In this document: positions 13,430-24,489 of the stretch, in pieces
Layout of the letters: every line of letters starts with the position of its first letter
How positions within the stretch are numbered: the stretch's first letter is position 1
DNA from: Phallusia mammillata
Lineage: Eukaryota
Direction: 5' to 3'
Assembly: GCA_965637545.1 (NCBI GenBank)
Contig: OZ281500.1
Coordinates: 3,720,001-3,784,000 of the forward strand
DNA: 64,000 nucleotides
The notes under the pieces: generated by a model
Told to the model about the DNA's origin: nothing
Databases searched by the model: none
The model's input: the letters and a program-made list of their open reading frames with translations, nothing else
Position numbers and translations under genes: made by a program

Positions 13430-14130
13430 ACACAAAGTGTGACGCTGACAGGCGGTCTCCGACAGCCGCTGTTACCAGCGAAGTTCAGTGTTAAATCCAA
13501 TGCGCCGAAGGTGGCGACTTGTACTTCGGTACCAAGTCGTCTTTACCGATGACGCCAGAAAACGAACAGCCGAGTGCCCGCTAGACGGTCGTGGGAAGAC
13601 GATGTCTAGTTGCAGTGATGGCTTTGCGTTGCGCGTGGGTAAGCGCTTGCCCGCGCAATTGCGACATTCCATCGCTTCGTTACCACCTTACGTCGCTGGA
13701 CGTACTTTTGTTTCCATGCATTCGCTCACGTGACAAAACGTTGTCTGTACGAACAATTGCAGCACATTCTCACAATCCTCAAACAGAAGTTGGTTTGCAG
13801 CATTTAAAATGGACATTTTTTCCTGTTCAATAAGCTTTGGGAGGTGAAATCTTGCTGATTCGGAACTCGACACGTCACTGCTTAGCGGGTGCTTCAGTAC
13901 ACAAGGTTTTCGTTGCACAAGTACCATGCTACGGACCAGCTCCGCTCCCTTGGGCGAAGGAGGGCGCAGTGCTGGGGCTAAGTGCTCCAGCATTGCTCCC
14001 CCTCTCTTCCTCAAGAAGCCGCCTAGCGGGATGCTTTTGCTCCCGCTGTGGATGGCTACTGTGAGTGGGCTTGGTATAAAAGAGCCGTGTGCCCTATTTT
14101 CATTTGTCTCATTTATTGATCACCTCTAGC
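13430..14130. other. GC/CpG-rich island without a convincing ORF (possible promoter, LTR relic or ncRNA)
   Basis: Three 60-nt lines counted (13441, 13921, 13981) are 55%, 67% and 58% GC against a visibly AT-rich background; hairpin AGCGGGA-tgcttttgc-TCCCGCT near 14025-14047; TATAAAA near 14074. Confidence 0.4.
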
Positions 14131-14356
14131 TACGTAAAAATACTACTTCCCCGAGTTTTTTTAGGGGGCTGCTCCCAATTTTATTTAGCAGCGAATTTTG
14201 TGGTAGCAGCGCAAGTGGAACGACAAAAAGTGGTCTCGCCGTGTATAAAACTATACGTCATAGTTAGTAACTTACAGAGTATTACATGAAAAACTTTTGT
14301 GGCTTTTGTGCTTACATGTTGGTAAACAAAAAAGTTGTTCAAGGCGTACAATGTCA

Positions 14357-16990
14357 TCATTGTTTTGGAGCAAATACAGGACTTAACATTGCCTTAAGGC
14401 GAGACTCCGGATCGTAGTACGCGGACGGTGTGAGTTCATACGGCAACGATTCAGTTAAACTCAAACTATTCTCACTTTTCCGACAAAAAAAGACAAACGA
14501 GACAAATCTCTTGTCAACGCAGCAGTTTTCAAACAAGATCTGACACAACTTGACGCCACAATTGGCGACAGAAATACTCTCGCGGTATCTCATAGATTTG
14601 TGGAAACCTATAACCAGATCACAAAGAAAACCTACTCCATATTCAGCATAAAACACACTTTCAGTTAATTTTGCAAAGCCCAAAGCCTCTTTTGCGCAGA
14701 TGATAAGTTCAGTAGTCTGTGATTCCGGAAGCTCTCGAATTTTTCGTTGGTATTCAGTTAGGTGTGAAACTGTTTTTCTCTGGTTAGTAGTTGCGCCAGT
14801 AACGGTCAATTTCAATTTAGGAACAACCGTTTCCGCGTTTGTTGGAAACCGTTTGTCTGCACTGTTAACACACTCCTCTCGAAAACATTTCGATTTGATA
14901 AACCGTATATAATCCGTGGTTAAGTCCAAATCATCGTCAAGATGCATTTTTCTTCTCTCCGATAAAAGTTGGTCGCAAATATCTATTGCTTTCTTGTTTC
15001 TTCCCATTCTGTTGTGGTAAAGTGCGTTAAAACTCAATGAATCTGCATCAGTTAGACTTGATGATACACGGCGAAAATATTTCAAAGATTTTTTTAAACG
15101 ACCGATGCTTTCAAAGCAAACTCCCATAAAAAAGTATATTTCATCGCAAAAAGTCTCTTTACACCGTCCATCGTAGCAAGCAAAGTTTAATTTTCTGTTC
15201 CACTTTAGGGCCAGCTTGTATTTCTTCAAATTAAGCAACGCGAACGCATAGGTATTCACGCAACCAGCGTTTAAGCTTGATATTCCGTAGTCTTTGTGTG
15301 CGGTTTGATATCGCCTGTAATTTGCTACCACTGTTTCATGTTGTTCAAGCACAATCAAGCTCTGCAAACAGTACATCAGCAATATGATTCGGTTATGCGG
15401 GTCATTCTGAAACTCGAGTACATTTTGCAGCTGCAGAAATTTTTTTTCACAAATGAGTGCATTCTGAAGTATGATGCTACAGTAACTTTAAGTTTTTCAT
15501 CCACGCCGAACCGGACAAACGAGGGAATGTCTTTTACATCGTCGATCTCCGAAAATAGACCTTGAAATTGTCTTGCGACGACATAACTATCCACTATAGC
15601 TCCTTCACCAATAAAAGTGGACAGTTGTCGCATATTTTGACTTTTTTCTCCAAACTCATCAGCAGCAAAAATGTCTTTTTGGCCATCGTTGAGCAGACTT
15701 ACTCGAAGACGAATTTCGCACGCAACGGCAAGTGAAAAATTTATTTGATCTCTATCAATCTGTGAAAATACGCCTCTTTTCCATAACTCATTGACAATGT
15801 CGAAACATACTACTGCTTGTAACTGATACAAACGTCAAAGCGCCAAGACAGATAACGTTGGAGTTCTATAGATAGACCGTTTAATGTCAAACATTTTTTC
15901 ATTAAAATCGTTTTGCAGAATGCAGTTCTGAATATCACTTTTCAAAAGGTTCCAAGAGTCATTGGTAAGAGGTGATGCTCTGTTTAACACTGTCGTCTGG
16001 AAATGTTGGTACAAATCAGTACTTCCATGTATATAACATGTTTTTGTTAACATATCGGCCAAATGATATCCATTCTTTAAATCCTCTTCTGTGTCCAAGT
16101 ACTTTACCATCTCACTGACTGGTTTGATCAGCTCGACTGTTGTTTCCCAATGGATTCTTACTAGCTTGCGGAGCAAATCCATCAGGGCGAATTCCACATC
16201 TAGTGTGTGCATCATAAAACCAGTTTTCCTCATCATTTAAAGGATTATTTAGGCATGGAATAGCCAAGAAGCGAAGTACAGTTTCCCCTAGGCGAACTAA
16301 AATGACTTCAAACAATGTTGCAAACCATCGGAAATATTCCAGAATGTGTTCATAGTTTGGATACTGTTGAATTCCATCTTCCAGCACAATAATGCTTTCA
16401 AAATCAGAATATGGAGTTATTTCTTTTCTGGCTATTGAACCCATTCCTATCAAAGCAAACTGACAAGGTACGGGCTCCCCCATTATGTGAACGGTGTAGT
16501 TTGCAATGCGGTTCATTAGGTATTTATATGTAACTGTAACATAAGCCTGTATTTCTCGCACTTCTGAAATTCTTTGTATTCTTTCTTTATTTAGTACTTC
16601 GGCATGCTGGAAGTCATCTAACATTGGTTTCAACTTTAGAACTTTATCTTGAGTAACTTTCCGATACTGTTGAATCTCACACTTTATTTCAGCAACAGCC
16701 TTGTCTATCAGTTCTGTATTTGGTTGTTTGCATTTAGCCAGAGTCATAATATGTTTACACACGTCGTCTAGATCCTCAGTGACTTGATTCTCATTAAAAG
16801 GATGACGTAGAGCAGCCGACGTCATCAAAGCAACACTTTGAATGAGACTGATCTTATCTGGACTTTTCTCTTTGTACACAAGCCCCAACTGATGCAAAGT
16901 TTTTGCTGATTCTTTTGGTTTGATTTCTTCTCCATATGAGCACTGCTGTTTTAACTTTTGTACCAAGGTTTTTTCTCGAGAATTAGCCAT
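14357..16990 (-). pseudogene. Disabled intronless paralog of the DUF294-type nucleotidyltransferase-TPR gene
   Basis: Four listed ORF fragments are colinear with the 874-aa + strand protein from MANSREKTL to TPSAYYDP. Lesions: net 26-nt deletion/frameshift after SKNPLG (about 16137-16146), GGA>TGA nonsense (15835-15837), and a 1-nt loss in an A8 run (15440-15447). ATG at 16990 shares the CAAATCATGGCT context with the intact copy. Confidence 0.9.
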
Positions 16991-18571
16991 GATTTGACTG
17001 TCAAAAGCTTCACTTAAAGTCAACATAAACTATGTAACTTCACATCCAATTGATTTATTTTCCTGTTACTGTACAGTTTACCTTCGCAAAAAGCGATGAA
17101 GCGCCCGTTTACAGCTCAAGTTTCAGCTTGGCAAAGCCTACACCAGGCGTTGGTAACCTTTAGAGTTTAGAACGTTGGCAACTGCGTGTCAACTTACTTT
17201 TTTGTCAAAAAAGCATTGGCTTCGCCTTCCAACATTTTGTGTAAAAGTTATTAGTGCCATCAGATTTGAAATGTATTATTGGATTGTAGTTTCCACTAAA
17301 CGCAGCAAAACTAAAGTATACTTTACAAATGGGAAGGATCATTTGAAGTGCGACAGGCTAAAGTTTAAATAATGAAATAACTGACAAATCGTGGCTCAAA
17401 CTTTCTCAACAGCTGGTATGTTTACCTAACAAGATTTATTTAAAACAATATTATTACCATAACCTTATACACTAATCATTGTGTAATATTGTGCCACTGC
17501 CATAATTATTTTTAGTCACACTTTACACTTAATGTAAAAACAAAGTATACGCGAACAGGTTTCATGCCAGGTACAAAGCGAACATCGTACAACACCTCCT
17601 GGTAGTACGCGAGTAAAAAGATGAATTGTTCTTTGTATTATACAGTATTTGTATACTTCCGTCAAATCGCGCATTAGAAAACTTTGGAACCAACATGGAC
17701 AGCGCAGTTTAAACGTCCCCTGCACAGCACCAAACGTGGTACTTTCCCAGACATTGTTTTGACAAGGGGTAAAACCCTAATGCGTGCCGCAAAGAACAGG
17801 AACTGGTTGATCGAGACTTAACTTTCGCCACAATTTGGCTGCGCAACTTATCATACAGTCAGTGTGGTTATGTAGACCAAGGAACAACATACCATTGTGA
17901 CTTTAGTTAAATGAACGAGATAAATAATGTAATTACAGAAAAAGTTACTTTCAATCAAGTTTTAGTTATGCGGCATCAGAGGAAAAATTGACAATGAACA
18001 GTCTATATTTTTATACTGGGCTTTTTCCCATATTACCAACAACTTCAAATGTTCTTGAGATTGCCAATAAAGGAAGGAAACTGTTGCCATATTATGATTG
18101 TAAAGCGACACCAAAAAGCAAGCAGTTGTATATGACGGTCACCACGCATACCACCATGGGTTCGAAAGAGGAAAAAAACATAAAGATATCGAGAAGACTA
18201 CACATGTCAGTGGTTCTTAACAAAGTGTAAAACAGGTCTAAAAACAGAAGGCGTTGACATAAACTGTCATTTTTCCGAATCTAGATCAGTTTATATTCCT
18301 AGTGTACATAAATGCTACCGATCTGCTTTGAATTATTATTATTAGCCCAATTTATTTAACATTCTAAAGCAGTGGTTTTCAACCTGGTATTCGCAGATGC
18401 AGAATAAAAGAGTTTACAATTATAATAAGTAGTCGTTACATTGTCACAAGAAAGATAAGAACCATTGATCACTGACCCAAAATTATACCGTCGTAACAAA
18501 CTGTCGCATTACAAACATGTTTTGACCGTTTTTTTTATGCAGGGTGTATTTTATAAAGACCAATACAAATC

Positions 18572-21196
18572 ATGGCTACTACCCGAGAAACTAAGCTGGT
18601 AGAAATGTTAAAGCGACAATGCTTACATGGAAGGGAAATCAATCCAAAAGAATCAGCAAAAACTTTGCATCAGTTGGGACTTGTGTACAAAGAGAAAAGT
18701 CCAGATAAGATCAGTCTCATTCAAAGTGTTGCTTTAATGACGTCGGCTGCTCTACGTCAGCCTGATAATGTGAATGACGTCACTAAAGATCTTGATGACG
18801 TGTGTGTGCATATGATGGCTCTAGCTAAATCCAAACAAACGAATGCGGAACTGATAAGCAAAACTATTGCCGAAATGAAAAACAAAATTGATCTATTTCG
18901 CAAAAACACAAAAAGTAAGGTTGAAAAACTAAAACCAATATCTGACGACATGGAAGGAGATCTACTTTTGGAAGAAAGAAGACACAGAGTTGAAGAAGTG
19001 CGAGATATACAGAACTATGTTACTGAAGCATACAAAGATATAATGAGTCATATTGCTAACTCTACTGTTCAAATAATGGGTAACCCACCTTGCAAATTTG
19101 CTTTGATAGGAATGGGTTCATTAGCCAGAAAAGAAATAACTCCATATTCTGATCTTGAAAGCATTATTGTTTTAGAAGAAGGAATTCAACAACGTCCAAA
19201 CAATGAACACATTCTGGATTACTTCCAATGGTTTGCAACGTTGTTTCAAGTTATTTTAGTTCGTATAGGAGAAACAATTCTTCGCTTCTTGGCTATTCCA
19301 TGTCTCAACAACCCTTTGAATAAAGAAGACAACTGGTTTTATGATGCATACACTCCATGCGGAATTTGTCCTGATGGATTTGCACCACAAGCGAGTAAAA
19401 ACCCATTGGGAAGACAAACAAAGACACAGAACAAGCCGTGGACAACTGAGCTGATCAAACCAGTCAGTGAGATGGTGAAGTACTTGGATACTGAAGAAGA
19501 TTTAAAAAACGGATATCATTTAGCAGATATGTTGACCAAAACCTGTTTTGTCTACGGAAATGCTGAATTGTATAAACAATTCGAGTCACAAGTCTCAGCA
19601 GCAATAAATAAATCACCAAACAATACTGAAAGGATTTGGAAAGAATTAGACGCTGACCTTCAAACGTTTGACTTCGAAAAATTCTTCAACAGTGTTGATT
19701 TTGACATTAAACGGGTCATCTACAGAACATCGACGTTGTTCGTACAAGCCCTTGGACGTTTGTACCAATCACAAGCAGTTGGGTGTTTTGATGTTGTTGA
19801 AGATTTGTATAGGAGAAGTGTGATATCCAACTTTGACAAGGAGCAGTTGCAGTTCTCACTTGCCATTGCGTGTGAAATTCGTCTTCGCGTTTGTTTGAAT
19901 GAACGAAGTCAAAACGATATCACAGTTGCAGGAAACTCAGTAGAAAAACCTGGAAAACTTCACCAATACTCGGAGTCATTTGGGGAAGAAGCTATAGTTG
20001 ATTGTCATAATATCGCATGGGCTTTGGAATTATGGCTCGATCGATGCTTTAAATCTAAACAAGTTCCCCTTCAGTGTCAGCTACCGGTGACGCAGATGGC
20101 AAAAATGTTGGCCGCTATGAAGCTAGAGATGCATTCGTGTGTAGAAAAGATATTCGTGCAACGAATTTCTATTTTAGAATCAGAAGAAAGGGAGTACCTA
20201 GTCTGGTATACTGCCATATCCTTGTGGTGCTTGGAAAAGTCTGGAAAGTACAATGACGTACTCGCACGGTACAAAAAGTATCAATACGTAATACGGAAAT
20301 GTAAAGACATAGGAATCGCCACGCATTGCATACACGCCTATGCAAACGCACTGGTGCAATTAAAAAAATATAAGCAAGCTTTGAAGATTCTGAAAAAGAT
20401 TCATTTTCGTCTATTTAGCGGCCAATGTACGTACGACACAATTGATTCGATATATCTTCAAATTGGGATGTGCTATGAGGCGATGGGACGTAACAAAAAA
20501 GCTTCGAAGTATTTCGATCGAGCCCAAAACAAAACATGCGAACCCAACTATTTCAGTACATCAATGAACTTAGCTGAACAATTCAATTCTTTGGAAAGGT
20601 TTAGAGAATCAGTAGAAACTTGCGAAAAATTGTTATTAGCCAGAAGAAAATTACATCTTGATGAAGACAATGATGTAACTTCTCAAATGATTTTGTTGAT
20701 GAAAAGTGACAGTTTACAAGGACGTTCCAGGAACTATTTAAAAGGTATGGCAAAGTTCTCTGCGAAGGAGTTAAGGGTATTGCGATATGCTGAGGAACAT
20801 CTCTCTCAATATAAACGATGTCTCGCCAATCTTAATTTCGACAATTCTGTTATTCATGCCAAAAAAGGTCTGAATTTCGCATTTCAAACAAATAGCAAAG
20901 GACTACAAACGGCAATTCACCTCATATTCTATGTGTCCTACAGTCTTTACCAATTGGGGAGACTATTTGACAGTTGTTTAGCCGCTGCCAAAGGTATAAA
21001 ATTATGCCTGAACCTTTACGAAAACTGCTCCGACAAAGTACTTTTTGCGATGCTTGTTCAGCATTTTCAGGCGTGCGAGCGGGATTTGAACCGCGAACCC
21101 TCTTATCCGTACTTGTGTACCCCTTCGATGTTTTTTGACCCAACGACACGCAGTTCCCAATTGCGACAATTTAAAAATGTGGAATCAAAGTTGTGA
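18572..21196 (+). CDS. 874-aa intronless protein: N-terminal helical/TPR-like region, Pol-beta-superfamily nucleotidyltransferase (DUF294 / GlnD-N type), DUF294_C-like helical bundle, C-terminal TPR repeats
   Basis: Single 2625-nt ORF. Motif FALIGMGSLARKEITPYSDLE (G182-S183, D194, E196) fits hG[GS]x9-13Dh[DE]; candidate third acid D268 (CPDGF); DIKRVIYR...ALGRLY...IACEIRLR helical module (about aa 378-440); TPR-like helices YANALVQLKKYKQALKIL, IYLQIGMCYEAMGRNKKASKYF, LAEQFNSLERFRESVETCEKLL, YSLYQLGRLFDSCLAAAKGIKL. Confidence 0.9.
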   Translation: MATTRETKLVEMLKRQCLHGREINPKESAKTLHQLGLVYKEKSPDKISLIQSVALMTSAALRQPDNVNDVTKDLDDVCVHMMALAKSKQTNAELISKTIAEMKNKIDLFRKNTKSKVEKLKPISDDMEGDLLLEERRHRVEEVRDIQNYVTEAYKDIMSHIANSTVQIMGNPPCKFALIGMGSLARKEITPYSDLESIIVLEEGIQQRPNNEHILDYFQWFATLFQVILVRIGETILRFLAIPCLNNPLNKEDNWFYDAYTPCGICPDGFAPQASKNPLGRQTKTQNKPWTTELIKPVSEMVKYLDTEEDLKNGYHLADMLTKTCFVYGNAELYKQFESQVSAAINKSPNNTERIWKELDADLQTFDFEKFFNSVDFDIKRVIYRTSTLFVQALGRLYQSQAVGCFDVVEDLYRRSVISNFDKEQLQFSLAIACEIRLRVCLNERSQNDITVAGNSVEKPGKLHQYSESFGEEAIVDCHNIAWALELWLDRCFKSKQVPLQCQLPVTQMAKMLAAMKLEMHSCVEKIFVQRISILESEEREYLVWYTAISLWCLEKSGKYNDVLARYKKYQYVIRKCKDIGIATHCIHAYANALVQLKKYKQALKILKKIHFRLFSGQCTYDTIDSIYLQIGMCYEAMGRNKKASKYFDRAQNKTCEPNYFSTSMNLAEQFNSLERFRESVETCEKLLLARRKLHLDEDNDVTSQMILLMKSDSLQGRSRNYLKGMAKFSAKELRVLRYAEEHLSQYKRCLANLNFDNSVIHAKKGLNFAFQTNSKGLQTAIHLIFYVSYSLYQLGRLFDSCLAAAKGIKLCLNLYENCSDKVLFAMLVQHFQACERDLNREPSYPYLCTPSMFFDPTTRSSQLRQFKNVESKL

Positions 21197-22606
21197 AAAC
21201 ATCCACAGTTAATTATGTATTGAGCAATGTATTGAGTCATACAACAGTCTCACTCCGTCCAGCAATAAGGCGTGTTATTTCTACCTCACTGACAAACTGT
21301 AGTGACATATACGGGGGATAAACTATTTTTATTAAAAACAATATTGCTAAGCTTATGTACAGTGTACATATTATATTATGAATACAGTGTACGTATTCCA
21401 AAGTTTTCACTGCCCAAGTTCTCAAGTCTCAGACATTTTTTTATCAAGCTGCTTTTTTCGTCCGTATAGTGTTCGTAAGCATTTATTGATAAAAGTAAAA
21501 CGACCAAACAAATTTTTTTTTTGATGAAGTTGAATTTCATATTTTTACTGTTTACTTGTGGCATTGTTGCACTTAATGATGTTTTTTTAAATAACGTGTT
21601 CATTCCCCGCGACTTTTTCCTTACTTGAAAATTCGAATTTGATTTTAAGTAACAGTATTGAAAGGTAAAACTTAAAAACACTTCTTAGCAATACCCATTA
21701 GTTCATAACTGCAAGAAAAAATCTAAAAAATCTAAGAATCTTCCAACCCGTGAATAAAACGAGTAAAACATGGGAAAACGAAACGTTTTTGTAAGTAACA
21801 TCACCAATTCTCCGCCAAACGACCATTCATTTTCGTCTTTCCCCAATTGTTTGTTTTCATACAATTGATATCCAGGAAATTATCAGGAAGTCGTCAGTGG
21901 CGAACATTTCGTAATACAGTGTTTTTAGGCTGCACTGGGTTAAATGGCAAAGTAGAAAGGTAAAACAACAAATTAAACCATGTAGTTTTTGTATTCACAG
22001 CACAACTAAACGCCGCGATCGACCTATTGATCAACAGACCTATTTACCTACTTGTGTTATTGTTTTGATCGAGGCTAGGTAAAGAGCTTCGTTGTATTCC
22101 CCATTCAAAGGAACGTTAAAAGAAGTTATTGTGAGAGAAACGTCCCCAACCGTGTACCCTTTGTGTGACTTACGCCGTTCAAAACTCATCAATTGTAGCC
22201 GAAAGAATGGAGTGTTGAATATAAATACCAAAATGCTTTGCACTTAACCGAACTTAATTTTGGATGTTTCCAAACTAATACGTAATTTTTTATTAGCAAA
22301 GTGATATTGTTGTATACGTAATGGCAATTAATTAGTTTTATAAAAACTATCGGCATATTTTCTTGGTATCACGAATGGAAACGTGCTGTCACTAAACGAA
22401 TGCGGGGGATAAGACCCACCCGTTTCCTCGATAACAAAAGCGAGTAAGACGATCAGCATATACAAAGCATATGTTAGTTGTAGCCACAGCAGCGTGCAGA
22501 ATAATAAGGAAGCAAATTATCAGTCTTAGCGTGAATTGTTGTGTTTTACAAAGGTTAAAGCTGAACTACAATGCAAATGCAAGATTTTTACGCAAATAAA
22601 TAGATT

Positions 22607-24489
22607 ATGGCCACTGAGGCGAAGAAAAGATTCGCCATACTAATTGGATTTGCTATTTTCTTCTTTATTGTTAATCAGGTAGAAATCAACCCAAAGACAA
22701 GGTTACCAAGGTAAGCCTTGTAAAACATTATGCAATATGTGTATACCATTGCAGAAACATCTGAATTCAGTGTAAATGCTTTATGCTATTACAACTTAAA
22801 TTCTTTTTTCGAAGTTACCTCGTGTTAATGTATTGTGTACCGAAATATACAAGCATGCTTTGCTACTAAATTTCTTCATAAATGCACATGCTTAGTGTAA
22901 TACAAGAAAGGCTAACAAACACAGCAGAGTTATAATCTCGGGCCTGTTCATTTTTTTATGCTGTAGAGAAGCTACATCAGCAACGCCGGTACACAAAGTA
23001 CTGCCAAACGTTAGCACAACACCATATATGCAGCAAAATACAACGACAAACGATACTACCTACGAAAGAACTCCGTTTAAATACCTCATACAACCGAGTT
23101 TCAACTCCAACTATGGTTGCAACTTGGAAAAATGCCTTAAAGGCAAAGGTATGTATTTGTAAGGTTTAGTTTTTCTGAAAAGCTAAAGACGTACATTGAA
23201 TATTATGTTATCAATAGAAATTCGTTGGAAAATGACAATCTTTATCAAGTCAGCTGCGGCCAACTTTCAACGGCGCGATTTTCTCCGTCGCACGTGGGCG
23301 TCCTTGCGCTACATTGCCGGTGGTCGGATTGAAACAGTTTTTGTTTGCGGGAGTACAGAAGGAAGCAGTTACTTGCTACTGACAGAGGAAAGCAAACGCA
23401 ATGGTGACATACTGCAGTTCGAGGGCCCTGACGACTACAGGTACTCCCACTGTATGCCTTAAAAACTAACCATACTAGCCAAAGCAACACCAAAGGCGAA
23501 AGTATAACAGCTGCAACAGCACAGTTGAATCAGTGTAGAGCTTAACAGCTTAACGTTAATATCGATTTCGCCAAATATAACATGGCTTAATTAGTCCTAA
23601 TCAGGAAATAATTCAAGTCATAAAATAATAAAAAGAACATAAAATAACGCCAGAGTTAGACACCAAAGGATGCGCCCTAGCTTGAAAAAAGCTTAATGCA
23701 AGGCCAATTTGCAAATTCATTTTGCAAACACCATGGTGTTAACAGTAGGTGGACATACTTTTGACTATTTCCACGTTGAAACATAACGCCCAGTTGACCT
23801 TACAAAAGTCAAACAATTGTAAGGCACGAAAAATGGCAACCGCTTATGTGTAAGTTGGACTATATATGTCTCATGACAAAATTAATAAGTGACGATATCA
23901 TATACTTTGTTTTGATAGCAACATCGCCCTGAAGACGTTGGCAGGAATGCAGTGGGCGGCGGATAATTTGTCACCGACTGACCTTTATTCGTCGGGCGAT
24001 GACGATTTTTTAATCAATGTCGGTCAGTTGCAAGACGTGGTTGACAAAGCGGCGGCATCAGTAAAGAAACAAAACTGGCCCGAATTTCCCATACTTTGTG
24101 TATACAACACACTACAGCACGCGAGTCCGTACAGGGACATAAAGGGAATTTACAACAAGTGGTATATCACAACTGAGGAATACAAATGGCCTTTCTACCC
24201 ACGGGCCTGTTTTGGGGGGTTCTATACAACGAGCGTGAGTGTGGTGGCGCAGCTGTATGAACAGTCAAGGACGGAACCCCATCTACGCGTTGACGACGTT
24301 TGGATAACCGGAATCTTGCGAATGAAAATTGGGATGCCTGAGGATATGGTGATGGAGAGTAAAGCGAAAATCGCTCAGCATTTGGTGGGTTATAAAAAAA
24401 AGACGGCCAAAACGAGACGCGACTTCTTATGGAAGGATTGGGAAAAAATTACGCGAACTTTTAGACAAAAAGTCAAATGTTTTTGTTGA
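22607..24489 (+). CDS. GT31 family beta-1,3-galactosyl/GlcNAc-transferase-like type II membrane protein (359 aa, 4 exons)
   Basis: Exons 22607-22710, 22967-23148, 23218-23440, 23919-24489, all phase-consistent. N-terminal TM (FAILIGFAIFFFIV), FKYLIQP, IKSAAANFQRRDFLRRTW, DDYSNIALKT, GDDDFLIN, PRACFGGFY, DDVWITG. Confidence 0.92.

Noticed and set aside
13960-13985. GGGGCTAAGT resembling the RNase MRP CR-V motif
   Set aside because: No matching CR-I (GAAAGUCCCC) upstream; no telomerase template sequence either.
16991-17026. Upstream ATG at 17026 as the start of the minus-strand paralog
   Set aside because: Homology and the shared CAAATCATGGCT context place the start at 16990; the extension crosses a likely splice acceptor.
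21070-21105. tRNA B-box-like string (gggatttgaaccgcgaacc) inside the NTase-TPR CDS
   Set aside because: Lies in open coding sequence with no A-box or cloverleaf; coincidental.
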